DNA of 64,000 nucleotides from Candidatus Peregrinibacteria bacterium CG2_30_44_17 (lineage in GTDB: Bacteria > Patescibacteriota > Gracilibacteria > UBA1369 > UBA12470): assembly GCA_001873565.1 (NCBI GenBank), contig MNZJ01000012.1, positions 439 to 64,438 on the forward strand. The letters run 5' to 3'. The position numbers and the translations under genes were made by a program. Under the pieces are notes generated by a model. That model worked only from the letters and a program-made list of their open reading frames with translations. It had not been told where the DNA came from and ran no database searches. Positions 26,201-35,113 of this stretch are shown here, piece after piece; the stretch's first letter is position 1, and the number at the start of each line of letters is the position of its first letter.

Positions 26201-28656
26201 ACATGCTGCCAAGTCCCGGCAGTAACGGTCTTCCCTGTAGTCCAAAATCCTGCACCCGTAGGTATTATCCAATTGGAACCACTACGATAAATACCCCAGT
26301 CGAAGCCGCCGTTGTCAGTACCGATGACAGCATGATTCCCACCCGACGTTGTCTCCGGCTTAACCCAGGCGGAAAACGTAACGCCTGTTGTTCCGGAAGA
26401 TTGGTCGATGTTCAAACTCGTATTGATGATGTCGGTTCCGCCATCAAAATCCCAGCTTTGAGTGTCGGCGAAATTCAACGTTGGGACGTCAGCATTCGGA
26501 CCTTCCGGGGCGATAATATTGGAAGGGGTCCCGGTGTAAGCACCTGCGCTGTCGGCAATAGAGCCGGCGCCACCGATCGAGGATTCATCGAGTTTCCAAT
26601 ACGCAATCAGGTTGTCGTTTAGTGTTCCGGGAATGGTTCCGGAATACGTCACTATATCATTAGCATCGACAGGGTCGATAACCAGATTGTAATAAGACAT
26701 GTCTTTGAGAATCCATGTGTCGGCAAGTCCGTCACTGTCGCCAACATAAGTGAAAGTGCCGGAATTACTGTCGAATCCCCCCGTACCGCTGAAATTCAAG
26801 GTTTCATCGCCTTGGATTTGGAAGTTGCCGTCATTGCTAAATACACCATTAACCGTAAAGTTGTAGCTGTTGGTGAAAAATGTGCCGGCGGTAATAGTCA
26901 CATTGCCTGAGATGCTTTTGGTAGTACCAATCTGGAATATTCCACCAGGACCATTGATTGTAAGGTTGTCGTAATTCCAATTCTCTATAGTGGTCGTCCC
27001 TGATGTCTTGGTGTAAACGACAGTGCTGCCGGCAGCTAGCTGAGGGTAGCCGCCATTGGTCGTGATGGTCTGACCTCCTTGTAATTGCAAAGTCGTTCCA
27101 CTGTTTATAACAAAAGTTCCACCGGATCCGTTCACAGTCAGATCGTATCCTGCCAAATCCAAAGTGCCTGAGGTAAGAGTCAAATCTTGGCTGGCAGCAT
27201 CCATAACCAAAGCACTGCCAAGGGTGAAAGTGCCGGAAGTTTTATTTATCGTGATGTCGGTATTAATAATCCCCGTATTGCCGAATGTGGCGACCTGATC
27301 GTTTGTGCCGGTGAAATTGTAGGTGACAAGTGAGTCGTCGAATCCGGCAAGCATGGTGAAGTCCCCTTGAACAGTAACGTTGTTGCTATTGTTTATTTTG
27401 CCGTTGTTCAGAGAAAGCGTACCTTGCACGGTAATAGGCTCACTATTTAGATATAGCCAATTAGTATCAAGACCAAGTTCAACCGTAAGATTGTTAAAGA
27501 CGGTACTGTTGGGATTGATCGTGACATCTCCAGTGCGATCAACCTTTACGGTTCCGCTGCTGTGGTTAAAAGTACCGCTGGTGTGATTGAAGTTTTGTGC
27601 TAACTCCAGAGTGCCGCTTGTAGAATTGAAGACGGCGGAAGCGCCGTTGATGGTCAGGATGGCATCGAAATTGAGAGTACTGTCACCGCCGTTGAAAGTC
27701 CCGCCGGTCTGGTTGAACGTGCCGGATGTAAAAGCGAAAGTCGTCGCAGGGCTTACAGTATAAGTCCCGGAAGTTAATGTAAAATTGGCATTTTGAGTGA
27801 GGTTGCCGTTTTGAGTGACGGTACCGGAAGCTTTGTTAATGGTGATCGGGTGGTCGAAATTGCCTGTAAAACTGTTATTAAAAGCCTGATCGGCTGTGCC
27901 GGAGAATAAGATGGTGGTGGTGCCGATGTCGTAATCCGCGCTCACATTAACGGCAGGACCTGTCATTGTTAATGTATTACTCATCATATTGCCGTTATTC
28001 AAGTTCAGAACATTGGTAACGGTCAAAGCGTTGCTATTGTTTATAAAGAAGTTATTGGCGCCGTTAACAAGTTCCACAGTCAAGTTGTACAGGGTGGTCC
28101 CGCTTGCATTCGGATTAATCACAACGTCTCCACTTGTGCGATCAATTTTGACGGTTCCGCTGCTGTGGTTGAAAGTGCCACTGGTGTGATTAAAGCTGCC
28201 GCCACCAAGCTGCAGAGTACCGCTGGTGGAATTGAAGACGGCTGAAGCGCCGTTAAGAGTCAAATTGCCATTGATATCTATGGTGCCGCTACCTCCGGAA
28301 AATGTGCCGACATCTTGCAGGAATCCATTACCGCCAACAGTGATGGTGTAAGTGGAAGTTTGAGTTATCGTACTCGTGTATCCGGTATTGATGTCAAAAC
28401 CGGCGACATTGACATCGGCATCTATGTTGCAAGGAGTGTCACTGGTGGCGTCGAATGTTGCGATATCGTCTGAATCGGGTACTACACCAAGGCTCCAGTT
28501 ATTGGGGTTGTTCCAGCTATTGTCGGCATCGCTGTTGTCCCATGTGTTGATGGCTACTGCGGAGACGGACCGGATGCACAGAAAAACGCCGATAACGACA
28601 ATCGGAAGCAGTTTTATAAGTATACGAATTCTTGGGAGTATGAATAATGAGTGCAT
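23278..28656 (-). CDS. Giant cell-surface protein: signal anchor, beta-helix-like repeats, LamG/ConA-like domain, two (novel module + FN3) units, Ser-rich and EV-repeat linker, C-terminal SLH domains
   Basis: About 1790 aa from ATG 28656 (MHSLFILPRIRILIKLLPIVVIGVFLCIRSVSA). Repeated GTFNHSSGTVK[IV]DRT units. LamG-like ...FDGLIDDVRVYDAPLTSDQI. FN3-like ...IALSWDAASDTNFNHYEIWYG...STYYLRIWAIDGYGN. SLH-like YPDGTFHPNWTINRAEALKIV and FPDVDIDAWYAPYVIHAYAQGIVSGYGDGYMRPERTIALGEMAKII. Confidence 0.85.
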   Translation of the reverse strand: MHSLFILPRIRILIKLLPIVVIGVFLCIRSVSAVAINTWDNSDADNSWNNPNNWSLGVVPDSDDIATFDATSDTPCNIDADVNVAGFDINTGYTSTITQTSTYTITVGGNGFLQDVGTFSGGSGTIDINGNLTLNGASAVFNSTSGTLQLGGGSFNHTSGTFNHSSGTVKIDRTSGDVVINPNASGTTLYNLTVELVNGANNFFINNSNALTVTNVLNLNNGNMMSNTLTMTGPAVNVSADYDIGTTTILFSGTADQAFNNSFTGNFDHPITINKASGTVTQNGNLTQNANFTLTSGTYTVSPATTFAFTSGTFNQTGGTFNGGDSTLNFDAILTINGASAVFNSTSGTLELAQNFNHTSGTFNHSSGTVKVDRTGDVTINPNSTVFNNLTVELGLDTNWLYLNSEPITVQGTLSLNNGKINNSNNVTVQGDFTMLAGFDDSLVTYNFTGTNDQVATFGNTGIINTDITINKTSGTFTLGSALVMDAASQDLTLTSGTLDLAGYDLTVNGSGGTFVINSGTTLQLQGGQTITTNGGYPQLAAGSTVVYTKTSGTTTIENWNYDNLTINGPGGIFQIGTTKSISGNVTITAGTFFTNSYNFTVNGVFSNDGNFQIQGDETLNFSGTGGFDSNSGTFTYVGDSDGLADTWILKDMSYYNLVIDPVDANDIVTYSGTIPGTLNDNLIAYWKLDESSIGGAGSIADSAGAYTGTPSNIIAPEGPNADVPTLNFADTQSWDFDGGTDIINTSLNIDQSSGTTGVTFSAWVKPETTSGGNHAVIGTDNGGFDWGIYRSGSNWIIPTGAGFWTTGKTVTAGTWQHVAVVYEPGVGTTFYLNGSAATTATIAYDTSANNVAIGKSPGYAEAFDGLIDDVRVYDAPLTSDQIAILAGGDTTDEVVVDITTLAVNGSLTVSGGTMTAPPTINLGGSFDSTGGTFSHNSGSVNFTTTATGNIAGSTTFYNLSCTQAGKPLVFSNTGTQTVAGALTLTGGTGDLITLRSDSDGNQWSLNVSGSSSVDYVNVKDSDASSGSAIVHAVDSARSVDAGNNLNWSFNTEPVASSVSGSSATDGTGEVTVQFTIDDDDDDDTLQALVEYNIGAGWNKATISESLADTTATYGTPDVENDNVHQIGNVAGYITTSSGANTISAGWTSQTDEPTADTSGAQIRITPYDGTGTGTTQTSSTFIIDNSAPTGLGSFQSTANTSTTIALSWDAASDTNFNHYEIWYGTNQSDVENRTGTASEWDNSNDGNLSTAGTTTTTITGLMGGSTYYLRIWAIDGYGNTAQSTTVSVNNNGLPTASSLTAAQTTNGNGKVNLSFIAGDSDNDDTLQFSVYYNVGSSWVKATISETVSDIAATHGTPDVENDNTYQIGNATGYVTTSSGNNTITAVWDAASDLGTADISNAQIRVTPYDGTEVGSILTSDAFVLDQVAPSGGFTSTIYASSVGSTSLNLVWIPVTTESNFDKYQIYYKLSTAGSYTLYGDVSGMATSTAPMTGLTSGAMYAVYVMALDSYGNSVNSGGRSFIISSSSSSGSSPTGGGAGFGNTYTYTGGGSSSNNDQVAEVEVEVEIEVPPTDDVAEVVNDFESTWNTEVVSQLNGHWAEPYLKDFYENTLINQINESASGDSIESQVISYLFDPEEQMSRIEFLEAAMDLLDVNVVSEATYMPFLDMTIYDEGAEYIITAYENGIIQGYPDGTFHPNWTINRAEALKIVFLITHDDVETLYGDALLDYYYLPANPFPDVDIDAWYAPYVIHAYAQGIVSGYGDGYMRPERTIALGEMAKIITLVMKLQEM

Positions 28657-28819
28657 ATTTAGGGTACAATTTAGTAAAAAACACTCGCTAACAATATCAT
28701 TTATGCGGTATCGAAGCAAAAAAATATATGTATGGAAACGAGATCGACGGTAGTATGAACAGGCCATAGCGTGAACACGCCATAATTGACTTTCGCGGAG
28801 GTCTCGTTAATCTAATGAC

Positions 28820-29893
28820 ATGATGCTAAGAAAACTGGAACTTACGAACTTCCGAAACATTGAGAAACTCTCAATGTCTTTTGAGAAGGATAAAAAAGTC
28901 ACCGTCCTGATAGGAGAAAACGCACAGGGGAAGACAAACTTCCTTGAGAGTATATATTTCTTAGCAATAACAAGATCGTTTCGAACAAAACAGTTTACGG
29001 ACACAATAATGTGGGGTCGCGAGCACGGTCGTATAAAAGGGAGAATAGAAACTCAGGATGAGGAGTGCGAGCTGGAGGTAGCATTTACATCGCAGAAGAG
29101 GAGAAAATTAAAGAAGAAGAATGTCGAGGTGGAAAGCCGCAAGTATATACAGAGTCTCAATGTAGTTCTTTTTGTACCGGAAGATGTCCACATAGCGACT
29201 GGAGATCCTGAGACGCGACGCAGATACCTCAACTTAACATCAATCCAATCATTCCCTGGTTTTTTGGAGACATTGGTAACTTATACAAGGGCACTTAGAA
29301 GTCGCAATGAGCTCCTCAAAAAGCGAGCACCGATCTCGCATATAGAGATATGGGATGAGAAACTTGCAGAGCTGGGAGTTGATATATGGGACAAGCGCAC
29401 GCAGCTGCTCGAATTCTTTTCGCGTGGGATCAGCGATAAATACCGAGAGCTTTCCGGGTCAAATCAAGACCTGACTATAAAGTACAAAGCATCGCCAAAG
29501 ACAAAAGATGATTATTTGAAAGCACTGAAAGAGTCTTATGAGCAGGATGTCGCGAGACACACAACTCATTTTGGGCCACACAGAGACGATTTCAAGATAT
29601 ATATTGACGATGAGCCGATCAAAAAATACGGATCACGAGGAGAATGCAGAACTGCAGTACTTGCATTAAAACTTGTAGAGCTGGAATTCCTTACGAGTTT
29701 GACAGGTCAGAAGCCTTTGCTGCTACTTGACGACGTGCTTTCAGAACTGGATCACGGTAGGCAGAAACACTTGGTTGAGATAATTCTGGATCACCAAACA
29801 GTCCTGACGACAACATGCCGAGAACATCTCGGAGGGTTTACAGACGAAATCAAGGTTTTTCAGATGAAAGACGGAGAGATAGTTGGCGCATAA
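28820..29893 (+). CDS. recF: DNA replication and repair protein RecF
   Basis: LELTNFRNIEKLSMSF...VLIGENAQGKTNFLESIYFLA Walker A, then LLLDDVLSELD. Confidence 0.9.
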   Translation: MMLRKLELTNFRNIEKLSMSFEKDKKVTVLIGENAQGKTNFLESIYFLAITRSFRTKQFTDTIMWGREHGRIKGRIETQDEECELEVAFTSQKRRKLKKKNVEVESRKYIQSLNVVLFVPEDVHIATGDPETRRRYLNLTSIQSFPGFLETLVTYTRALRSRNELLKKRAPISHIEIWDEKLAELGVDIWDKRTQLLEFFSRGISDKYRELSGSNQDLTIKYKASPKTKDDYLKALKESYEQDVARHTTHFGPHRDDFKIYIDDEPIKKYGSRGECRTAVLALKLVELEFLTSLTGQKPLLLLDDVLSELDHGRQKHLVEIILDHQTVLTTTCREHLGGFTDEIKVFQMKDGEIVGA

Positions 29894-29938
29894 TATGAGG
29901 TCTCAATAGGTTCTGTTATTGCCAATACCACCGAAAAG

Positions 29939-29947
29939 TGGTATAAT
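29939..29947 (+). promoter_or_regulatory. Extended -10 element TGGTATAAT upstream of prsW
   Basis: The 9-mer is identical to that at 49-57. It is preceded by the small hairpin ccaccgaaaagtgg. Confidence 0.4.
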
Positions 29948-30089
29948 TCACAGATGTAGCTGACCCTGTAAACTGTCTTGCGCGAAGCGCTCCATCCATA
30001 CACCCTCATCCCTAAATACTCTGTTCGACACCCATCTCTCAAAAATCATAGTCAGTATTGTACTAGCCGCAGTACCTGCGATAGCATGG

Positions 30090-30902
30090 TTGTACATTTT
30101 CCTAAAAAAGAGAAAAGAGCTGCTTACTACGGTTATGTTGACGTTTGTAGCGGGGATGGTGTCGGTAGCTCCTATAATAATATACAAACTAAGTTGGAAA
30201 TATTTTCCGGAGTTTAATCTCTTCAATTACCTAGAGAGGTTCGACAGTAATCTGCTAGGATTTACAGATATCATGATTCTACCTGTCAGTGTAATATTGA
30301 GCTTCTTGCTTGTAGGTATGATAGAAGAGTACATGAAGCATTTGGCGGTGAAGACAGTCGATGACAATAGGTTCAAAGATATTGATGATGCGATTGAATA
30401 CAGTATCGTCGCGGCGCTAGGGTTCGCATTCATAGAGAATATTATGTATTTTTTCTACATCTGGCAGTATCAGGGGATAGACACGCTCTATATGTCCTTC
30501 ATATTCAGATCGATTTTTTCTACATTTGCGCACGTTCTGTTCTCGGGAATTTACGGCTATTATTATGGCATTGCCCATTTCGCGGAGCCTATTTTCCAAG
30601 AGGAAATACAAGAGAACAGGCATCCTTTTATCAAACTTGTGCACAGAATATTGAATCTAAGATCAGAATCACTCTTTAAGGATGAAAAAACAACGCAAGG
30701 TCTTATGTATGCGATTGTACTGCATGCTATTTTCAACGTGGTACTGGAGATGAACCTAACATTCCTAATAGTTCCATACTTAATTATCGGTTACGTAGCT
30801 CTGACATATCTGTTCTCAAGGAAGAAAAACCACATAAGATACGGAAAAGTTATAGGCAGAGCACAAAACACATTGGATTATGAGGAAAATAGACAAGCCT
30901 AG
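30090..30902 (+). CDS. prsW: PrsW-family intramembrane metalloprotease; the N-terminal TM helix is encoded upstream of the first canonical start
   Basis: EEYMKHLAV, ALGFAFIENIMY, HVLFSGIYGYYYG and HAIFN motifs. The track start at 30090 is a TTG inside the first TM helix, and the in-frame upstream sequence encodes KIIVSIVLAAVPAIAW. Confidence 0.8.
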   Translation: MYIFLKKRKELLTTVMLTFVAGMVSVAPIIIYKLSWKYFPEFNLFNYLERFDSNLLGFTDIMILPVSVILSFLLVGMIEEYMKHLAVKTVDDNRFKDIDDAIEYSIVAALGFAFIENIMYFFYIWQYQGIDTLYMSFIFRSIFSTFAHVLFSGIYGYYYGIAHFAEPIFQEEIQENRHPFIKLVHRILNLRSESLFKDEKTTQGLMYAIVLHAIFNVVLEMNLTFLIVPYLIIGYVALTYLFSRKKNHIRYGKVIGRAQNTLDYEENRQA

Positions 30903-31080
30903 CAGCAGAAATTTGAACCCTGCGAAGGATGACAACGATTACGCTACGGTCCTCACTCAAGGTTCACCGACCGTTAAGCTGACGAAAACAGCGATCTTGG
31001 CTGGACAGAGATCAAATGTGCCGGTTGGAGACACAATGCAAGGTGCCTTAAGTGGAGTAATAGCTGTTGGGCGACCTATA

Positions 31081-31230
31081 GAGCCAAATTGAAATAAAAT
31101 GACATAAAGAGCAATGGCGATTTTGTCATAGGGCGAGGCGTCAAAAACGAGGAATAGCAGCGCTATTTAAGGCTTTTGACAACAAAGCCATATGGCAAAA
31201 GTACCATCTTCTGCTTATGTCATTTTATTT
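31081..31230. mobile_element. About 150-bp palindromic MITE-like element (family A) with roughly 30-bp terminal inverted repeats
   Basis: The left arm is gagccaaattgaaataaaatgacataaagagc. The reverse complement of the right arm is agccaagtcaaaataaaatgacataagcag. A half copy lies at 51421-51490. Confidence 0.55.
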
Positions 31231-32047
31231 TGACTTGGCTTTATCATTTAGTGATAGTACAAGGTCCACAAGTGATATAATACAAGTTAAGGTAACAAGA
31301 TCAGGCATTGTAAGACTGCAGACAAGTACATCGGTCTACGAGCTGAGAATAGAAGATAAACGCGCTGGCAGAGTGAGATCTCTGCAGTATTTAAGGAGGG
31401 GATATCTGGATTATGACGAAACAATGCCGGACGGATTTTATGACGGAGGGCACGGAATGGAATTCGAAATAGACGAAAATGATGCACTAAAGGTACGGTC
31501 GCCACGCGAGGTTATTCTTGTTGACGGCACCAAGGATCAAGGATTGGCGTTCAAACTAGATGCTGCCAGGAAATTCATAGAAAACACGACTGCAGTTGAA
31601 GACAAAATCAAAATGCTGGCGATGTTTGTCAGTAATTCACTTGGCGGTTCTCAAATGGTGCAAGGAAGTGGGCTCAGTATTACGGACATGACGGATCGTG
31701 AAATAGAGTTGCGAAAACAGAACGTGCCGACAGCAGGAGAAGTAGTGATGTTGGGGTATTTAAACTACGGAGTGTGTCGACACAGAGCATTGGCTTTTAA
31801 ATATTTCGCAGATCGACTCGGAATAAGATCCAGGCTCGTACGAGGCAAGCAAGGAGGAGCAGATGGTGGATGGCATATCTGGAATGTCGTAGAGCTCGGA
31901 GGTAAACACTATGTAGTAGATGTTATGCAGCAGCCTTGGAGGTTGATGGAACAAGACAGCAAGGAAGTAGGAGCATATCAAAGAGCATTTAACGAGAGAG
32001 GCGCCAGAGTCCTAGCCGGCATTGGCGGCAGAAGCATTACCAGATAG
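31217..32047 (+). CDS. EDR1/CTR1-N-terminal-like (transglutaminase/papain-fold) domain protein
   Basis: YLDYDETMPDGFYDGG ... GVCRHRALAFKYFADRLGIRSRLVRGKQGG...HIWNVVELGGKHYVVDVMQQP matches my recollection of the plant EDR1/CTR1 N-terminal domain motif (DGFYD ... CRHRALLFKVLAD..G.PCRLVKG ... YLVDLM). The ATG lies inside the family A repeat arm. Confidence 0.6.
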   Translation: MSFYFDLALSFSDSTRSTSDIIQVKVTRSGIVRLQTSTSVYELRIEDKRAGRVRSLQYLRRGYLDYDETMPDGFYDGGHGMEFEIDENDALKVRSPREVILVDGTKDQGLAFKLDAARKFIENTTAVEDKIKMLAMFVSNSLGGSQMVQGSGLSITDMTDREIELRKQNVPTAGEVVMLGYLNYGVCRHRALAFKYFADRLGIRSRLVRGKQGGADGGWHIWNVVELGGKHYVVDVMQQPWRLMEQDSKEVGAYQRAFNERGARVLAGIGGRSITR

Positions 32048-32182
32048 TCCTAAATTGAGATTGCCAAACCAATTTGCCCATGTTAGCATCCATAAGCTAA
32101 CTCCAGATTTTTTGTCGTATACAAAAATCAACTACCAACAACTACTTACTACAAGCTACTGACTACTCACTAATCAATCCCG

Positions 32183-35077
32183 ATGTCCAAGAAAGATTAC
32201 ATAAGAATCAAAAAAGCGCGAATACATAACCTTAAGAGTATAGATGTCGACATCCCAAGGGATAAAATGACCGTTATCACGGGGCTCTCAGGCTCAGGGA
32301 AGTCGTCTTTGGCATTCGACACGATCTATGCGGAAGGGCAGAGACGTTATGTGGAAAGCTTGTCAACTTACGCCCGTCAATTTTTGCAACTGATGGAGAA
32401 GCCGGAAGTCGAGTCGATAGAAGGCCTCTCTCCGGCTATATCGATAGATCAGAAGACGGCAACAAGGAACCCAAGGTCAACGGTTGGTACAGTGACGGAA
32501 ATATACGATTTCTTGAGACTTTTATACGCGAAAATAGGTCGTCCTCATTGTCCGGAGTGCGGCAAAGTTATAACCAAGCAAACGGCAAGCCAGATAGTTG
32601 AGCACGTTGCGGCAATGGAGGAGGGTAGGCGCATATTGCTTTTGGCACCGGTAGTGGCGGATAGGAAAGGACGCCACGAAAAGGTTTTTGAAAACATCAA
32701 AAAAGAAGGATTTGTACGCATCGTTCTTGATGGTGAGATGTACAGTATTTTGGAAGTGCCGGAAATCAACGAGAAGAAGAAGCACTCAGTCGACATAGTA
32801 GTTGATAGGTTTGTTGTAAAAGATTTGAAGAAAAAAGTGCAAAAACTTTCATCAGGGCAAGAGCTGGACCTGCCGAATCCAAACAGGACTCGCTTGGCAG
32901 ACTCTATAGAGATAGCCCTTAAGCACGGGGATAGTGCGATGATAATTCAAGATCACGAAACGGGGGAGAGGCAGATGTTTTCCGAGAGATTTGCATGTGC
33001 TGACTGCAATGTTAATTTGCCGGAAATCGAGCCGCGCAATTTCTCTTTTAACAGTCCTCATGGAGCATGCGAAGCATGTCATGGTCTTGGCACCAAGCTG
33101 GAAGTGGATCCTGACTTGGTTATTCCAAACAGGAAGCTGTCGATAAGTGAAGGGGCGATCATGCCATGGTCGGCAACAACGTCTCATTTGACTTGGTACA
33201 ACAGGATACTGGAAGCTGTAGCGCGAAAACACAGGTTCTCAATAGACATTCCGGTGGAAGAGATGGATGAAGGGGATTTAAACAAGGTGCTCTATGGTAC
33301 CGGTGATGAGAAATACGCGGTACAGATGGGGGCTGACAACGGATCGGGAACGTTCAAAGGCGAGTATCAGACCAAATTTGAGGGAGTGCTGCCGAATTTG
33401 GAAAGAAGATACATGGATACGGATTCGGATTATGTCCGCAAAAAAATCGAAGACTACATGAGGATACTCAAATGTCCGGAGTGTAATGGGAAGAGGCTGA
33501 AGCCGGAAATGTTGGCGGTTACAGTAGCGGATAAATCGATAATAGACGTGACAGAGCTGTCTATAGCTGCGGCAAGGGAATTTTTTGCGAATCTGGCACT
33601 TACATCCGGAGAGCGGATCATAGCGGAGCCGATAGCAAAAGAGGTGGAAAGCAGACTCAAGTTCCTCAACAATGTAGGGATTTCATATCTCACCCTTAAC
33701 AGAGCGGCAAATACTCTTTCCGGAGGCGAAGCTCAGCGAATCAGGTTGGCTACTCAGATTGGATCTCATCTTGTTGGAGTTTTGTACGTGCTGGATGAGC
33801 CATCGATAGGGCTTCATCAGAACGACAACGAGAAACTCATCAAAACGCTTCATTCTCTTAGGGATCTTGGAAATACCGTAATTGTAGTTGAGCATGATAT
33901 CGATACTATGTTGGCCGCAGACTATATACTCGACATAGGTCCGGGGGCCGGCAAACATGGAGGCGAAGTGGTTTTCGCAGGAACTCCTGCCGAGATTTTA
34001 AAAGATAAGAATTCGATTACCGGAGGATATCTGTCCGGCAAGAAGGAAATATCAATCCCGAAAAAACGACGTAAAGGAAACGGGAAAAAACTCGAAGTGA
34101 TCGGGGCATGCGAACACAATCTTAAAGATATAGACATCTCTCTACCTCTTGGAACATTCATAGGCATATCCGGGGTCTCAGGGTCGGGGAAATCCACATT
34201 GATTAACGACATCTTGGTCAAAAAAGTTTCCGCAGTAGTAAACAGGTCAAAGGCATTTGCAGGTGCTCACAGAGAACTCCGAGGTATAGAGCATTTGGAC
34301 AAGCTTATTAATATAGATCAGTCGCCAATCGGGCGAACTCCTCGTTCAAACCCTGCAACATATACCGGCGTATTTACGGATGTGAGAGAGCTATTCGCAT
34401 CAACTCCGGATGCGAAATTGCGTGGCTACAAGCCGGGAAGATTTAGTTTCAACGTGAAGGGTGGACGTTGCGAAGCGTGTCAGGGCGATGGTATTAAGAA
34501 GATCGAAATGCATTTCCTGCCTGATGTGTACGTACCTTGCGAGGTTTGCAAGGGGCGTAGGTATAACGCGGAAGCACTTGAGATAACTTATAGAGGTAAA
34601 AACATCGCGGACGTACTGGACATGACTGTTGACGAAGCATCGGATTTTTTCAAGTCCATACCTGCAGTAAAGAATAAGCTCAAAACGCTGTCCGAAGTGG
34701 GACTTGGTTACATACATCTCGGGCAGTCGGCGACAACTCTATCGGGAGGTGAAGCGCAAAGGATCAAGCTTGCTACGGAGCTGTGTAAGCGTTCAACAGG
34801 AAAAACTCTATATGTTCTAGACGAACCTACGACAGGTTTGCATTTTGATGACGTGAAGAAGCTCTTGGAAGTTTTGCAGAAACTCGTAGACAAAGGGAAT
34901 ACCGTACTCACAATCGAGCATAATCTGGACGTAATCAAATCTGTCGACTATATAATCGACTTAGGCCCGGAAGGCGGAGACAAAGGAGGCTTAATCATCG
35001 CACAAGGCACCCCGGAAGAAGTATCCAAGATAAAAGAGTCATATACCGGCATATGGCTTAAGAAGATAGGTCTATAG
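32183..35077 (+). CDS. uvrA: Excinuclease ABC subunit A (UvrA)
   Basis: Two ABC modules ([27 protein letters not shown]), zinc modules (CPECG, CADCN...[18 protein letters not shown]...CEVCKG), and two copies of LSGGEAQRI. Confidence 0.97.
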   Translation: MSKKDYIRIKKARIHNLKSIDVDIPRDKMTVITGLSGSGKSSLAFDTIYAEGQRRYVESLSTYARQFLQLMEKPEVESIEGLSPAISIDQKTATRNPRSTVGTVTEIYDFLRLLYAKIGRPHCPECGKVITKQTASQIVEHVAAMEEGRRILLLAPVVADRKGRHEKVFENIKKEGFVRIVLDGEMYSILEVPEINEKKKHSVDIVVDRFVVKDLKKKVQKLSSGQELDLPNPNRTRLADSIEIALKHGDSAMIIQDHETGERQMFSERFACADCNVNLPEIEPRNFSFNSPHGACEACHGLGTKLEVDPDLVIPNRKLSISEGAIMPWSATTSHLTWYNRILEAVARKHRFSIDIPVEEMDEGDLNKVLYGTGDEKYAVQMGADNGSGTFKGEYQTKFEGVLPNLERRYMDTDSDYVRKKIEDYMRILKCPECNGKRLKPEMLAVTVADKSIIDVTELSIAAAREFFANLALTSGERIIAEPIAKEVESRLKFLNNVGISYLTLNRAANTLSGGEAQRIRLATQIGSHLVGVLYVLDEPSIGLHQNDNEKLIKTLHSLRDLGNTVIVVEHDIDTMLAADYILDIGPGAGKHGGEVVFAGTPAEILKDKNSITGGYLSGKKEISIPKKRRKGNGKKLEVIGACEHNLKDIDISLPLGTFIGISGVSGSGKSTLINDILVKKVSAVVNRSKAFAGAHRELRGIEHLDKLINIDQSPIGRTPRSNPATYTGVFTDVRELFASTPDAKLRGYKPGRFSFNVKGGRCEACQGDGIKKIEMHFLPDVYVPCEVCKGRRYNAEALEITYRGKNIADVLDMTVDEASDFFKSIPAVKNKLKTLSEVGLGYIHLGQSATTLSGGEAQRIKLATELCKRSTGKTLYVLDEPTTGLHFDDVKKLLEVLQKLVDKGNTVLTIEHNLDVIKSVDYIIDLGPEGGDKGGLIIAQGTPEEVSKIKESYTGIWLKKIGL

Positions 35078-35113
35078 AGCTGCCTACTTTAGGACTCACT
35101 CAGGCATCTATTC

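Noticed and set aside
23149-26622. Long plus-strand ORFs (23149-23880, 24808-25704, 25726-26622, 27380-27586, 27989-28189, 28376-28753) inside the giant surface-protein gene
   Set aside because: They are antisense shadow ORFs of a repetitive, compositionally biased 5.4-kb minus-strand gene. Their translations are low-complexity (Arg/Gly/Ser/Cys-rich) with no recognisable motifs, while the minus strand carries clear LamG/FN3/SLH signatures.
30880-31092. 70-aa ORF overlapping the prsW 3' end and ending inside the family A repeat
   Set aside because: There is no motif. It overlaps prsW by 23 nt, and its stop is supplied by the repeat arm. Support is insufficient.
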